Shown piece by piece: positions 19,381 to 28,887 of a DNA stretch of 64,000 nt (the first letter of the stretch is position 1; the number at the start of each line of letters is the position of its first letter). The notes below the pieces were generated by a model. That model was not told the DNA's origin. It made no database searches and saw only the letters and a program-made list of their open reading frames with translations. Both the position numbers and the translations under genes were made by a program. The DNA is from Candidatus Woesearchaeota archaeon (GTDB lineage: Archaea > Nanobdellota > Nanobdellia > Pacearchaeales > GW2011-AR1), in contig CAYIGH010000003.1 in NCBI GenBank assembly GCA_964362915.1, positions 1,756 through 65,755 on the forward strand. Direction: 5' to 3'.

Positions 19381-19818
19381 TTAAACTTCTCTGATAACAT
19401 TCTGTTCTTCTCTAAGGACATATAAAACCTTATTTATTAAAATCTCTTTTCCCTTACTCGCCCAACGACCTAATCTCTTCAACCATCTTGGATAATTGCC
19501 GCTTTCTAAACTTCTAAATAAAGAATCAAAAGATCTTAGTCTTTCCATATAATATTTCTTCTCAACCTCATTTGTAATTCTATTGCTTAATCTTCTCGTA
19601 AATTCTTCTTGATCCCAAACAAATCTATTATTATAAACAATCTCAATCTCACAAGGATATCCATATGTTCTTCCATCTCCCTGTACACCAACACTTTTAA
19701 CATCATACATTCTTGTTCCTGAATAAGAATATTTTATATTAAACCTTTTCAATTCTTCCTTAAGAATCTTATCAGCATCTCTAGCAAAGCCAGCCAATAA
19801 TTCATCCAGATTTTCCAT
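19381..19818 (-). CDS. stand-alone GMP synthase C-terminal (dimerisation) domain
   Basis: KSVGVQGDGRTYGYPCEIEIV and RLSNRITNEV match the conserved GuaA C-terminal motifs (GVMGDGRTY and SNRIINEV). No ATP-PPase SGGxDS region is present. Confidence 0.55.
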   Translation of the reverse strand: MENLDELLAGFARDADKILKEELKRFNIKYSYSGTRMYDVKSVGVQGDGRTYGYPCEIEIVYNNRFVWDQEEFTRRLSNRITNEVEKKYYMERLRSFDSLFRSLESGNYPRWLKRLGRWASKGKEILINKVLYVLREEQNVIREV

Positions 19819-20161
19819 AAAAACTAAATAAAAACAAATTTTTAAACATTTATATCTCGGGAGCCCTGTTCTGCGTTTTTCTTTTGCACTATTTCACTAT
19901 TTGGTTTCCCTTACAATTTTAGCAAATTATTTTATTTTTCATATTAACATCTATCTCTAATAATATTAATATAAACTACTATATAAACCTTCCTATTATA
20001 TTAATGTTTTTACTTAAATTCATTAATAAAAGAAAAAATATATAACGTTTATGTAAACTATTTTTTCTCTTATTAATATAATAAACTAAATAAGTAAATA
20101 AAATCATACTTATTATCGTAAAAGTAGAAAAGTATAAATACTAATAAAATTTAAGAATATT

Positions 20162-21349
20162 ATGGACTTGCTTAAATTTAATGCTAAAGCTGGAAGATTA
20201 GTAAGGAGAAGTGCTACATTTGGAAGAGAGTTTATGGAGTTTGATTATTTCTTTCCAAACGAATTGCCTGATATGAGAGACATTTGTAATGATCTCTCTC
20301 TAATTGAAATATCTAATGAGGCAAATAGGGCAATAGGAGAATTACACGGGCTAATTAATAATATAGGTATGATAGGAACGTTAAAATTATTTGTTGAACC
20401 ATATTTAAGAAAAGAAGCAGTAGATAGTTCTGAAATTGAGGGAACAAAAGTTTCCTTAACAGATGTTTTTTTAAGTGAGGCTGGAAGTAAAAAACCAGAA
20501 ATTCTTAATCCAAATATTAAAGAAGTAGTTAATTTTGTTAGGGCGATAGATTATGCATTGATGGAATTAAAGGAAGGTAAGAAAATCAGTAAGGAATTGA
20601 TAAATAAAATACATCAGATTCTTCTTGAAGGAACGAGAGGAAAAGATAAAAAAATTGGAGATTATAGAAAACAACAAAATTGGATTGAAGGAAATGATGT
20701 ATTGGATGCAAGATTTGTCCCCCCGTCAGAAACGGAAGTAGAAAAACTAATGCAATATTTATTTGATTATATAAATAAAGAAGATGGATATATGAGATTA
20801 ATTAAAGCTGGGTTAATTCATTATTATTTTGAAACAATACATCCCTATGAAGATGGAAACGGGAGGGTTGGAAGAACATTAATTTTATTATATCTTCTTC
20901 AAACAAAAATTTTAAATGAGCCTATATTACATTTAAGCCCATATTTTAAACGATACAAAGAAAACTATTATGGCCTTCTAATGAATGTTAGAGAAACAGG
21001 CGATTATAACAGATGGATTAAATTCTTTTTGACTGGAGTAATCGAAGTAGCAATTAATACATCAAATAAAGTAAGAAAATTAGTGAAGTTATATAACTCT
21101 TATCGGAATTGTTTAATAAATGTTAAAGCTACATCTATTTCATTTAAACTATTAGATAAATTCTTTGAGCGACCTTACTATTTTATAACTCTCCTTGAAG
21201 AAGAATTAAAAGAGAATTATCCTAAAACAAAAAGAGGTTTAAATTATCTAATAAAATGTAATATTATAAAATTGTATACAAAATATAAAAGAAATAAGAT
21301 TTATCTCGCTCAAGAAGTTTTAAAAATCCTCGAAGAAGATTTGATTTAA
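20162..21349 (+). CDS. fic: Fic/DOC family protein (class II-like, N-terminal inhibitory motif)
   Basis: Fic motif HPYEDGNGRVGR. An upstream SxxxEG-type inhibitory motif (DSSEIEGTKV). Sits in an extremely AT-rich stretch. Confidence 0.8.
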   Translation: MDLLKFNAKAGRLVRRSATFGREFMEFDYFFPNELPDMRDICNDLSLIEISNEANRAIGELHGLINNIGMIGTLKLFVEPYLRKEAVDSSEIEGTKVSLTDVFLSEAGSKKPEILNPNIKEVVNFVRAIDYALMELKEGKKISKELINKIHQILLEGTRGKDKKIGDYRKQQNWIEGNDVLDARFVPPSETEVEKLMQYLFDYINKEDGYMRLIKAGLIHYYFETIHPYEDGNGRVGRTLILLYLLQTKILNEPILHLSPYFKRYKENYYGLLMNVRETGDYNRWIKFFLTGVIEVAINTSNKVRKLVKLYNSYRNCLINVKATSISFKLLDKFFERPYYFITLLEEELKENYPKTKRGLNYLIKCNIIKLYTKYKRNKIYLAQEVLKILEEDLI

Positions 21350-21433
21350 TTTTTTTAATTAGTTTACCAGCCGTTAAATTAACAATGCCATAAAACAGCA
21401 AAACTTAAATAATATACAACAAAATTATTTTCT

Positions 21434-21820
21434 ATGGAAGAAATAAAAGTCAGGCAAACCCTAAAGATAGAAGAACTGATAGATAAACGGCACTATTACA
21501 CAAGATTTTTAGCTGGTCTTGATACGAATCAGAAAGAACTAAATCTAGAAGTAACTGAAATAAAAACCAATCCAAGAGAATACAATTGGAGATTCACGGA
21601 TGCAAAAGGACAAGAAGTGAAACTCTTGCCATATGCAAGAAGTGCATTTAAGGAAAAAGCACATACACATTATCTAGCACATATAATAGAAGGAGAAAAA
21701 ATATTGCAAAAAGCAAAACAAAAACCCCTAATAACTCTAGAAAAATGGAAAAAAATTGAAGTTGAACAAACAACCTTCATTAACGAAGCATATATTAAAG
21801 AAATGCCATTCTCAAAGTGA
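21434..21820 (+). CDS. hypothetical protein
   Basis: 128 aa with no recognisable motif. Downstream of fic in the same AT-rich segment. Confidence 0.35.
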   Translation: MEEIKVRQTLKIEELIDKRHYYTRFLAGLDTNQKELNLEVTEIKTNPREYNWRFTDAKGQEVKLLPYARSAFKEKAHTHYLAHIIEGEKILQKAKQKPLITLEKWKKIEVEQTTFINEAYIKEMPFSK

Positions 21821-21852
21821 AGAAACTCATAAATCTTCTATGCTTCTTATCA

Positions 21853-24123
21853 TTACCACTTCTCTGCTTCCTTATAAAGCCATTCCTTCCATCTAGGAAA
21901 AACAAACTCTTCTAAAGGCAATCCATGCTCTTCTCTAGCCTCGTCGCTGATTCTATGAAAAACCTCATTAGATAAAGTATTAAATTCCGCTTCTAATAAT
22001 TCCGGCTTTCCAAGCTTCTCAGCTGCCTCAACAATTTCCTGCTTTACTTTGCCTCTCAAAATTATATTATCATAAACAGCATCCCAGTTCCCCGCCCATC
22101 CTTTAACATTTCCCGCAATATTCTTAATAATTTCAGATTCTCCATTGATTAATTCAGGCGTAGGTTCTAATTCATCCTTTTCAACATTATATCTTAATAA
22201 ATCAACAAATCCTTTCTCTGATAAAGGATCCTTATTCCAATGCTTTCTCACTTCTGTAACACTAACTATTCTTCTCGCAGAATGCAATCCGTCAGCTGTT
22301 CTGATCGGATTAGCTACAACAATAATATCTGTTGCCTTAAAGCTTGTAGGAGGAACATCTAAATCATTAACAACCCTGTCAAAAACCCCATAAGGAGAAT
22401 CACCGTGAATAGTCCCGGCAACTACATTAGCCAATGCCCCTATCCTCATTGCCTCATATAATGCCTTTGCCTCTTTGCTTCTAACTTCTCCAACAATTAA
22501 AGCAGAATCTCCTAGTCTCAAACTAGTTCTAATCCCTTCTGAAGCCTCAACCTCAGTCGTCCCCTTAACCAACGCCGATCTAACCTTCATTCGCATTATA
22601 TCATAACCTATGCGTCTCATAGAATCAGCAGGAATCTCTAAAGTATCCTCAATCAAAATAACCCTATATTTAGACATTATCTCAAGCATTAAACTTCCTA
22701 AAAAACTAGTTTTTCCTGAACTTCTTGTTCCAGCAATAAGCATTGTCCTTCCTCCTGCAATCAGAAAGCTAAGCAATCCTGCGCCAAAAGAATTTATCAT
22801 TTTATTCTTAATAAATAAAGGCAAAGTCCATGGTTCATCCCTATGCCTTCTAAAAGCATAAGCCAGGCCAGAAGGAGATAACGGCCTAGTAACCGCAGCA
22901 ACTCTCGCTCTGGCATTCTTAAAAATAAGGTCTGTATCCAAAACAGGATTTGCCTCATCTAATGGTCTGCCTGATTGCAGTCTTAATTTAGCAGCCCACG
23001 AATCAGCATCTTCATAACTAGGAAGAATGTTAGTCACGCATTCGTCATAATCAGAATGCCTAACAAAAACATTATTCAATCCTATGGGGGCGTTTAATAC
23101 AATATCTTGAAGCTTATTGTCCATAAGTAAAATCTCAATTAATCCAAAACCAATAGTATTTCTGACTAAAATCCTGGCAAGTTTATTCAATTCTCTATAA
23201 CTAAGCCCTATTCCTTTACTTCTAGCCAATTCCTGCAGCAAATCCTTGGAAACATTAAAAAAAACTTCTCTTGTTCTTTCAGGGTCCGTAAATTCCTCTG
23301 CCTTTGGCCTATGTTCAGTCAAAACATTTCTGGCTAAATTAACAAGCATATGGTGCTCTTCATTTAATTCATATTCAGGCGGCATAGTATGATAAAAATA
23401 TTTGGAATCATTCTCTCTTTTCATAATAGTTACGCTGATATTTTCATCCTCTCCAATTTTGTACTGGTCAATGAGTTCAGCATCTTTAGGAAGTTCAGCC
23501 ATTAATCTTGTAAAACTAAAATTAGGCAGAACATCTGGCCTGAAAATATCCGCATAAATATTTCTATTGCCAAAGCCATAGTCATCTACTAAACTTACAA
23601 CATTTTGTATAAGTTTAGTGCCTTCCAACAATCCCTGAAATCTCTCAAGCAACCGTATATAATTGACTAAATTCCCTCTCTTAACTGCCTCTCCGCTCTT
23701 TAAACTCTCTCTCAATCCTCTTATCCTATTTTTTAATTCAATATAGCATCCTACAGGATCTTGTCTTAATAACCCTAATAAATAACTCAAATCTCCATAT
23801 ATCTCAGAAGCATTTCCAAAAAATCTTAATTTAGCAGGGGACAATAGCTCTTCCTGTTTAACTAAAAAATTATAGAGCCTTGCAATCTCTGTCAATAAAC
23901 TGACTTGTTGAAAAGCATAATTATAATTCCTCTGCTGTACAAAAACTATTCTAGTAACATTAGGGTTATTAATCAAAGCGTCAATAGTTCTAGCCATAAC
24001 ATCTGCACTTTCAGCAATACTGGGAACATAATTAGCCAGGAGATAATTAACATATAAAATATCTTCTCCTTCATGCCTCTCAATTTCAACAGCGTAAAGT
24101 GGCGCACCTTCTTTGAAAATCAT
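21853..24123 (-). CDS. type II/IV secretion-family ATPase (FlaI/PilB/TadA-like) with extended N-terminal domain
   Basis: Walker A LIAGTRSSGKTSFL, Asp box VILIEDTLEI, His box GEVRSKEA...AGTIHGDS. 756 aa. Confidence 0.8.
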   Translation of the reverse strand: MIFKEGAPLYAVEIERHEGEDILYVNYLLANYVPSIAESADVMARTIDALINNPNVTRIVFVQQRNYNYAFQQVSLLTEIARLYNFLVKQEELLSPAKLRFFGNASEIYGDLSYLLGLLRQDPVGCYIELKNRIRGLRESLKSGEAVKRGNLVNYIRLLERFQGLLEGTKLIQNVVSLVDDYGFGNRNIYADIFRPDVLPNFSFTRLMAELPKDAELIDQYKIGEDENISVTIMKRENDSKYFYHTMPPEYELNEEHHMLVNLARNVLTEHRPKAEEFTDPERTREVFFNVSKDLLQELARSKGIGLSYRELNKLARILVRNTIGFGLIEILLMDNKLQDIVLNAPIGLNNVFVRHSDYDECVTNILPSYEDADSWAAKLRLQSGRPLDEANPVLDTDLIFKNARARVAAVTRPLSPSGLAYAFRRHRDEPWTLPLFIKNKMINSFGAGLLSFLIAGGRTMLIAGTRSSGKTSFLGSLMLEIMSKYRVILIEDTLEIPADSMRRIGYDIMRMKVRSALVKGTTEVEASEGIRTSLRLGDSALIVGEVRSKEAKALYEAMRIGALANVVAGTIHGDSPYGVFDRVVNDLDVPPTSFKATDIIVVANPIRTADGLHSARRIVSVTEVRKHWNKDPLSEKGFVDLLRYNVEKDELEPTPELINGESEIIKNIAGNVKGWAGNWDAVYDNIILRGKVKQEIVEAAEKLGKPELLEAEFNTLSNEVFHRISDEAREEHGLPLEEFVFPRWKEWLYKEAEKW

Positions 24124-24211
24124 ATATCTCCAAAAATATCAATAATTAAATATCTTTCGTAAAACAAAAACTAATCCAAAATAATATAAACCCTGCAATC
24201 CTAACAATAAC

Positions 24212-24517
24212 ATGGGCCCTCCGACAGAATATGCAGAACAGCAATATTCTTCTGACATGAACCTAAAAATAAGAGATATTGAAGATAAACTTAATTTGTT
24301 AAGAAATAGAGTCATGCTAATAGGCCAGTCTCATGTGGATGAAAGAGAGAAAAACTTTTCGCAAATTCAAGAAATGAAAAAACAGATTCTTCAAATGAAG
24401 GAGGAAAATATAAGAATCAGCGCGCTTTTACAAAGATTAACAGAACAACTCAACAACACTATAAGAAAAGAAGAACTTACAATACTTCAAAGACAATTTG
24501 ATTTATTCAGAAAATAA
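24212..24517 (+). CDS. coiled-coil protein
   Basis: 101 aa, heptad-rich. Confidence 0.4.
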   Translation: MGPPTEYAEQQYSSDMNLKIRDIEDKLNLLRNRVMLIGQSHVDEREKNFSQIQEMKKQILQMKEENIRISALLQRLTEQLNNTIRKEELTILQRQFDLFRK

Positions 24518-24962
24518 AATGGGAATAATAGAAGAAATAGGAAAAATGAGGCAGTTTGGAAAATCAGATCAGGAGATTGTAAAAACATTGCGGCAAAGAG
24601 GAATATCAGACAAAGAAATCTCAAATCTCCTATCTCAGTCACAAATTAAAGAAGCAGTAACATCTCCGTCACAAACATTATCTCCTATGCAAGATCCTCC
24701 TGATACATCTAATTATCAAACCCCTTACTTCGGTATGTCTCCAACAATAGAAGAGCTTGGCTCTATGCAGCCATCTCTTCTAAATCAGCAGCAAGCCTAT
24801 CAAGAGCCAATACCATCCACCCCTGCGCCGCTCCAAGAAGCACAGTATCCTGAAGAACAACTCTATCCACAAGAATCATATCCTGAAACTTACCCGCAGC
24901 AATACCTGAACAAACTTATGACTATAACTATCAATATCCGCAATACACACAATCATCAATAA
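24498..24962 (+). CDS. Q/P/Y-rich low-complexity protein (5' part of a frameshifted gene?)
   Basis: The YPQESYPETYPQQY low-complexity run continues in another frame (PEQTYDYNYQYPQYTQ) into ORF 24998..25348. Confidence 0.4.
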   Translation: MIYSENKMGIIEEIGKMRQFGKSDQEIVKTLRQRGISDKEISNLLSQSQIKEAVTSPSQTLSPMQDPPDTSNYQTPYFGMSPTIEELGSMQPSLLNQQQAYQEPIPSTPAPLQEAQYPEEQLYPQESYPETYPQQYLNKLMTITINIRNTHNHQ

Positions 24963-24997
24963 GTTCAGATACAATATCAGAAATAGCAGAGCAAGTC

Positions 24998-25348
24998 GTG
25001 GCAGAAAAATTATCAAAAATCAGAGATAGGCTGGAAAAAAATATAGATTTAAAAACAATATTTGAAACAAAACTTTCGAATGTTGATGAAAGGCTCCAAA
25101 GAATAGAAAAAATCATAGATCGTTTACAGCTCTCAATCTTGCAAAGAGTTGGTGAATACGTAACAAATGTCTCTGATTTAAAGAAGGAATTAGTTGAAAC
25201 CCAAAAATCTTTTAATACATTAGCCCATCATTCTCATTCGTCAGCACATTCAGCCCATCCACATCCAAACCATTCACATCAAACTCACCCAAATTCTCAT
25301 ATATCCCATACGCATTCAAAACACAAAAAAACCAAGCATCATCCTTAA
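24998..25348 (+). CDS. coiled-coil protein with His-rich C-terminal tail (3' part of the same gene?)
   Basis: Its frame is open upstream to about 24894. The C-terminus is HSHSSAHSAHPHPNHSHQTHPNSHISHTHSKHKKTKHHP. Confidence 0.4.
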   Translation: MAEKLSKIRDRLEKNIDLKTIFETKLSNVDERLQRIEKIIDRLQLSILQRVGEYVTNVSDLKKELVETQKSFNTLAHHSHSSAHSAHPHPNHSHQTHPNSHISHTHSKHKKTKHHP

Positions 25349-25370
25349 TAATAAAAATATTTAAATAAAA

Positions 25371-25919
25371 TCAATCTTTCTTCTTTTCAGCAACACTTCT
25401 TATCATAAGCCATCCTGCTCCTGCTCCAATCACAAGTAGCAATATTGCCCCAAAGGCTCTTGTGTTATAAATCTCCCTGCTTAATCTAAACAAGTTAGGA
25501 TCTGCCCCTGCCCCGCTGCTTCCAGGAAGATAAGGCGCAATAACCTCAGAAAAAACAATAAACCCAGAAATTAAGAATATAATAATCAAAACAAGAATAA
25601 ATGCAACTCCCACTCCCTTGTGCATAAACTCAGCAGGTTTCCCAACAAATCCCAAAATAAATAAAATAAAAAACAAGCTAATAATTAACATTCCAAACCA
25701 TGGAGTTATAGTCAAAACATATTCTCTAACCCCGGCAGCAGAAACAAAAATAGTCGCAATAACAAAAGAAATAAAGAATTGCACAAAAAGGCTCTCTCCC
25801 AATAATTTTGTCTTATTCAGCAAAGCAAATAAAATAGCAAGCACTATTAAAAATGCCAATATTGGTCCAAAATAACTTAATCCTGTAATATCCACTGCCA
25901 TTTTTTTAAGCGGGTTCAA
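25371..25919 (-). CDS. membrane protein, paralog 1 of 3
   Basis: 4-5 TM helices. The N-terminal region shares a conserved pattern with the next two ORFs (PFL..LA.LFA.L.KTK.LGE). Confidence 0.5.
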   Translation of the reverse strand: MNPLKKMAVDITGLSYFGPILAFLIVLAILFALLNKTKLLGESLFVQFFISFVIATIFVSAAGVREYVLTITPWFGMLIISLFFILFILGFVGKPAEFMHKGVGVAFILVLIIIFLISGFIVFSEVIAPYLPGSSGAGADPNLFRLSREIYNTRAFGAILLLVIGAGAGWLMIRSVAEKKKD

Positions 25920-26451
25920 AAAACCCCTTCATAAGAGCCTTACCAAAGTTACTCGCCGGAGTAGTCTGCCTATCCCCTCCACCAGAAGTAGCAACTGCAA
26001 TAATAATAGCTAAGAACAAAACACCAAGGATAATCCATCCTACAGCCTCGCCTCCAAAACCATATATTCCCCATCCAAGATTCAAAAAGGTCTGATAAAT
26101 AACAATAATACCGATAATAACTGCAATGCCAGCCAAGCCCCACCCCCAATATCTTCTTTCATCTTCAGGAATAAATAATCCGACTAAAATCAAAACAGCT
26201 AATAAAGTTACTACCCCTATACCTAATCTAGGAAACAACTCTGCATAAAATTGATTAAACCAGCCAAATCGAATAGCCATAAAACCAACAACGAGAGCAA
26301 TAATAACATTAACTCCCTTGTTATTTCCAAATATTTTCATAAAGCTCAATATGCCAAAAACAACAGCAAATATTAATAGAAAGGGCAGGGCATAATCAAA
26401 AACCCCATAACTTTCCCACAAATACAAAAGATCCTGAATACTGTAAACCAT
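25906..26451 (-). CDS. membrane protein, paralog 2 of 3
   Basis: Same architecture and a similar N-terminal module. 14-nt overlap with paralog 1. Confidence 0.5.
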   Translation of the reverse strand: MVYSIQDLLYLWESYGVFDYALPFLLIFAVVFGILSFMKIFGNNKGVNVIIALVVGFMAIRFGWFNQFYAELFPRLGIGVVTLLAVLILVGLFIPEDERRYWGWGLAGIAVIIGIIVIYQTFLNLGWGIYGFGGEAVGWIILGVLFLAIIIAVATSGGGDRQTTPASNFGKALMKGFFEPA

Positions 26452-26532
26452 CTTTATTTAAATGAAAAATGCTTTAAATATCTTTCGTGAAAGACTTAGT
26501 TCTTTCAATTCTTAGATATATTTCGTATACGT

Positions 26533-27048
26533 CTACTTATTTCCCTTGATTTCTCCGCCGCTATTATTGCTCTTTCCCCCCCAGACTACAGCAGCAATAG
26601 CTCCAATAATAATCACAATCAAAATCCCATTAATAAATAATCCTGTATTGGCCCCATAAATAAAATTAACAACGAAATCCAATCCTCCTGTCAAAATTAA
26701 AACCATTGCAATAACTAAAATTCCTGCGAGAATCCCGACAGTAATTCTTAACCCACTGGGCATTTCAAATCCCTCCCCTCTATGTACAAACCCAAATAAA
26801 AGCATGAAGATTAAAATTACAACTAAAGCAACTCCTAAAATAGGAATCATTCTAACCACAACATCTGTCGCAGACCCAAATGAAACAAAAACCAGTGCAA
26901 TAACTAAAGAAATAATAGCATCAATCTGCCTTTTTCCATCGCCTAAAATCTTTGTCTTTTCTAAAACAGCAAAAACCAAAGTAAACATTAACAAAAATGG
27001 CAGTATAGTTTCAACAAAAAGAGGGTTAGTAAATATTGTTTCAACCAT
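26533..27048 (-). CDS. membrane protein, paralog 3 of 3
   Basis: MVETIFTNPLFVETILPFLLMFTLVFAVLEKTKILGDGK..., same family. Confidence 0.5.
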   Translation of the reverse strand: MVETIFTNPLFVETILPFLLMFTLVFAVLEKTKILGDGKRQIDAIISLVIALVFVSFGSATDVVVRMIPILGVALVVILIFMLLFGFVHRGEGFEMPSGLRITVGILAGILVIAMVLILTGGLDFVVNFIYGANTGLFINGILIVIIIGAIAAVVWGGKSNNSGGEIKGNK

Positions 27049-27095
27049 AATTAAAATTAAACTTTAATATATATAAACCTTCTCACAGAATCGTA

Positions 27096-27347
27096 TTGTT
27101 GCGTCTACGGGTGTTAAAAGCGATTAATTTATATACTGAAAAATACAATTATTTATTAATGAAAAAGGTTATAGTAGTTATGGCAAGTAAGCGTATTTCT
27201 AAAGATGCTGAATTGAAAAAACTTTTAGAGGAAAGTGAGAATATAATAAACGTAAGCGGAGCCAACATAATCTATATTAAGAAAGAAATGGAAAGAATAG
27301 ATAAAAAGAGTCAAGAAGTTGAAAGAAAAATTTCATTACTTCTTTAA
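27096..27347 (+). CDS. hypothetical small protein
   Basis: 83 aa, K/E-rich. Confidence 0.3.
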   Translation: MLRLRVLKAINLYTEKYNYLLMKKVIVVMASKRISKDAELKKLLEESENIINVSGANIIYIKKEMERIDKKSQEVERKISLLL

Positions 27348-27704
27348 TTTCCGAGACATATAATTTGTTAATTTTTGTTGCATATTCTTTAATTCTTCAT
27401 TTTCATTTATTAAATCTAAATTGTAATTTCTTATCTCTTTAAACAGATGCTTGGAAATAGCATATAATTCTCTTAATTCTCTATCTCTGCTGTCCATAGT
27501 TAGTTTTTGTAATGCAGATGTAGTTACTACTATCAATGCAAATAAACTAACCAATAAAACTATTCTATTTGGAATGTACTCTAAAAGTAAAATGAGAACG
27601 AATTGCTCTACAAAATAAGCTATAATAAATGAAACATCAAAAAATGAATAATTGTTATGGAAAAAATCTCTTATAAATCTCCATAACATTCCTATAATAA
27701 TCAA
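27336..27704 (-). CDS. membrane protein with coiled-coil C-terminus
   Basis: Two TM helices followed by a charged helix. Confidence 0.4.
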   Translation of the reverse strand: MIIIGMLWRFIRDFFHNNYSFFDVSFIIAYFVEQFVLILLLEYIPNRIVLLVSLFALIVVTTSALQKLTMDSRDRELRELYAISKHLFKEIRNYNLDLINENEELKNMQQKLTNYMSRKLKK

Positions 27705-27801
27705 GATGGATAATATGTGTTATTTAAAATAGGATAATAAAACCTTTCTAAGATTGACAAATTTTAAGTTTACAATGTAACAATACAACCCAAAACTTCC
27801 T

Positions 27802-28098
27802 TTAAACCCCAGTCAAACTCTCTGCCTCAGCGCCCTCTAAAGCAAAACTGCCTTCTTTTTCAGGCAAAGAAGCCTTATTAATTATAAAAACATCTCCGAT
27901 AGCCTTAACGAACTGATGCGGCACTACAACTCCTCTTGCCCCTCCAAACATACTCAAAAAACTATTTCCAATTCTTATTTTCCATCCATCAATTTTATTA
28001 TCAGCCAAATTAACCTCTTCTATCTGTCCAAAATAATCTCCATCAGAAGTATAAACATGTTTTCCAAGTATTTCACTGATATTCTTTATCCTCAGCAT
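27802..28098 (-). CDS. PRC-barrel domain protein
   Basis: 98 aa. GKHVYTSDGDYFGQIEEVNLADNKIDGWKI is PRC-barrel-like. Confidence 0.5.
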   Translation of the reverse strand: MLRIKNISEILGKHVYTSDGDYFGQIEEVNLADNKIDGWKIRIGNSFLSMFGGARGVVVPHQFVKAIGDVFIINKASLPEKEGSFALEGAEAESLTGV

Positions 28099-28208
28099 GA
28101 ATTTCTTTGTCTTGTAGGGTATTTATAGTTTTTGTTTGCAAAATATATAAATTAAACAATAAACTAAAAAGCAACAAGGTTTATATAAATGCTTATCTCT
28201 CCTTAAAA

Positions 28209-28853
28209 ATGAAGCCTGCTGAAATTGGTAATATTTTCATAGCAATTATCCTTCTTACAATTGTTTCAGGCCTCGCATTCGTAATTAATTCACAATGGGA
28301 AGATCTCTCTCTAGCATTTGCCTTTTCTGCAATAATAATCTTTATAGCAGTCCTATCAAAAAAATTAACAGCATATCTCTTAGATGCAGATGTAGAGCAT
28401 GAAATATGGGAAATAACCCGCTTAGGCCTCAAAAAATCAGATCATTTCAAAAAACCATTTCCTGCAGGCATACTCCTTCCTCTTATAATCTCAATAATAA
28501 CTTTAGGAACAATAAAATTCTCAGCATTTTTAACATTTGAAGCAAGGGCATTAAAATATCGTGCTTCAAAACGTTTTGGTTTTTATAGCTATACTGAAAT
28601 GACAGATTGGCACAATGCTTTAATAGGAGCCTCAAGCGCAATAGCCCTCTTTCTAGTTGCGATAATCGCATATTTCCTTCCGATAGCAGATCTAGAATCC
28701 CTCTCTAAAATGTCAATCTACTATATCTTTTGGAATCTTCTGCCCATATCAAAACTAGACGGTACGCAAATATTCTTCGGCTCAAGAATTCTCTGGGCAG
28801 TTCTTGCCACTATAACTTTAATAGCAACAATGATGGCAATAATCACTATATAA
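28209..28853 (+). CDS. site-2-protease (M50)-like membrane protein with degenerate zinc motif
   Basis: The M50-type NLLPISKLDG motif is present, but the HExxH position reads HEIWE. Several TM helices. Start chosen at MKPAEIG (28209) rather than the track start. Confidence 0.35.
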   Translation: MKPAEIGNIFIAIILLTIVSGLAFVINSQWEDLSLAFAFSAIIIFIAVLSKKLTAYLLDADVEHEIWEITRLGLKKSDHFKKPFPAGILLPLIISIITLGTIKFSAFLTFEARALKYRASKRFGFYSYTEMTDWHNALIGASSAIALFLVAIIAYFLPIADLESLSKMSIYYIFWNLLPISKLDGTQIFFGSRILWAVLATITLIATMMAIITI

Positions 28854-28887
28854 GAAGGCCTAAATATTAAATTCGCTAAATAAAAAA

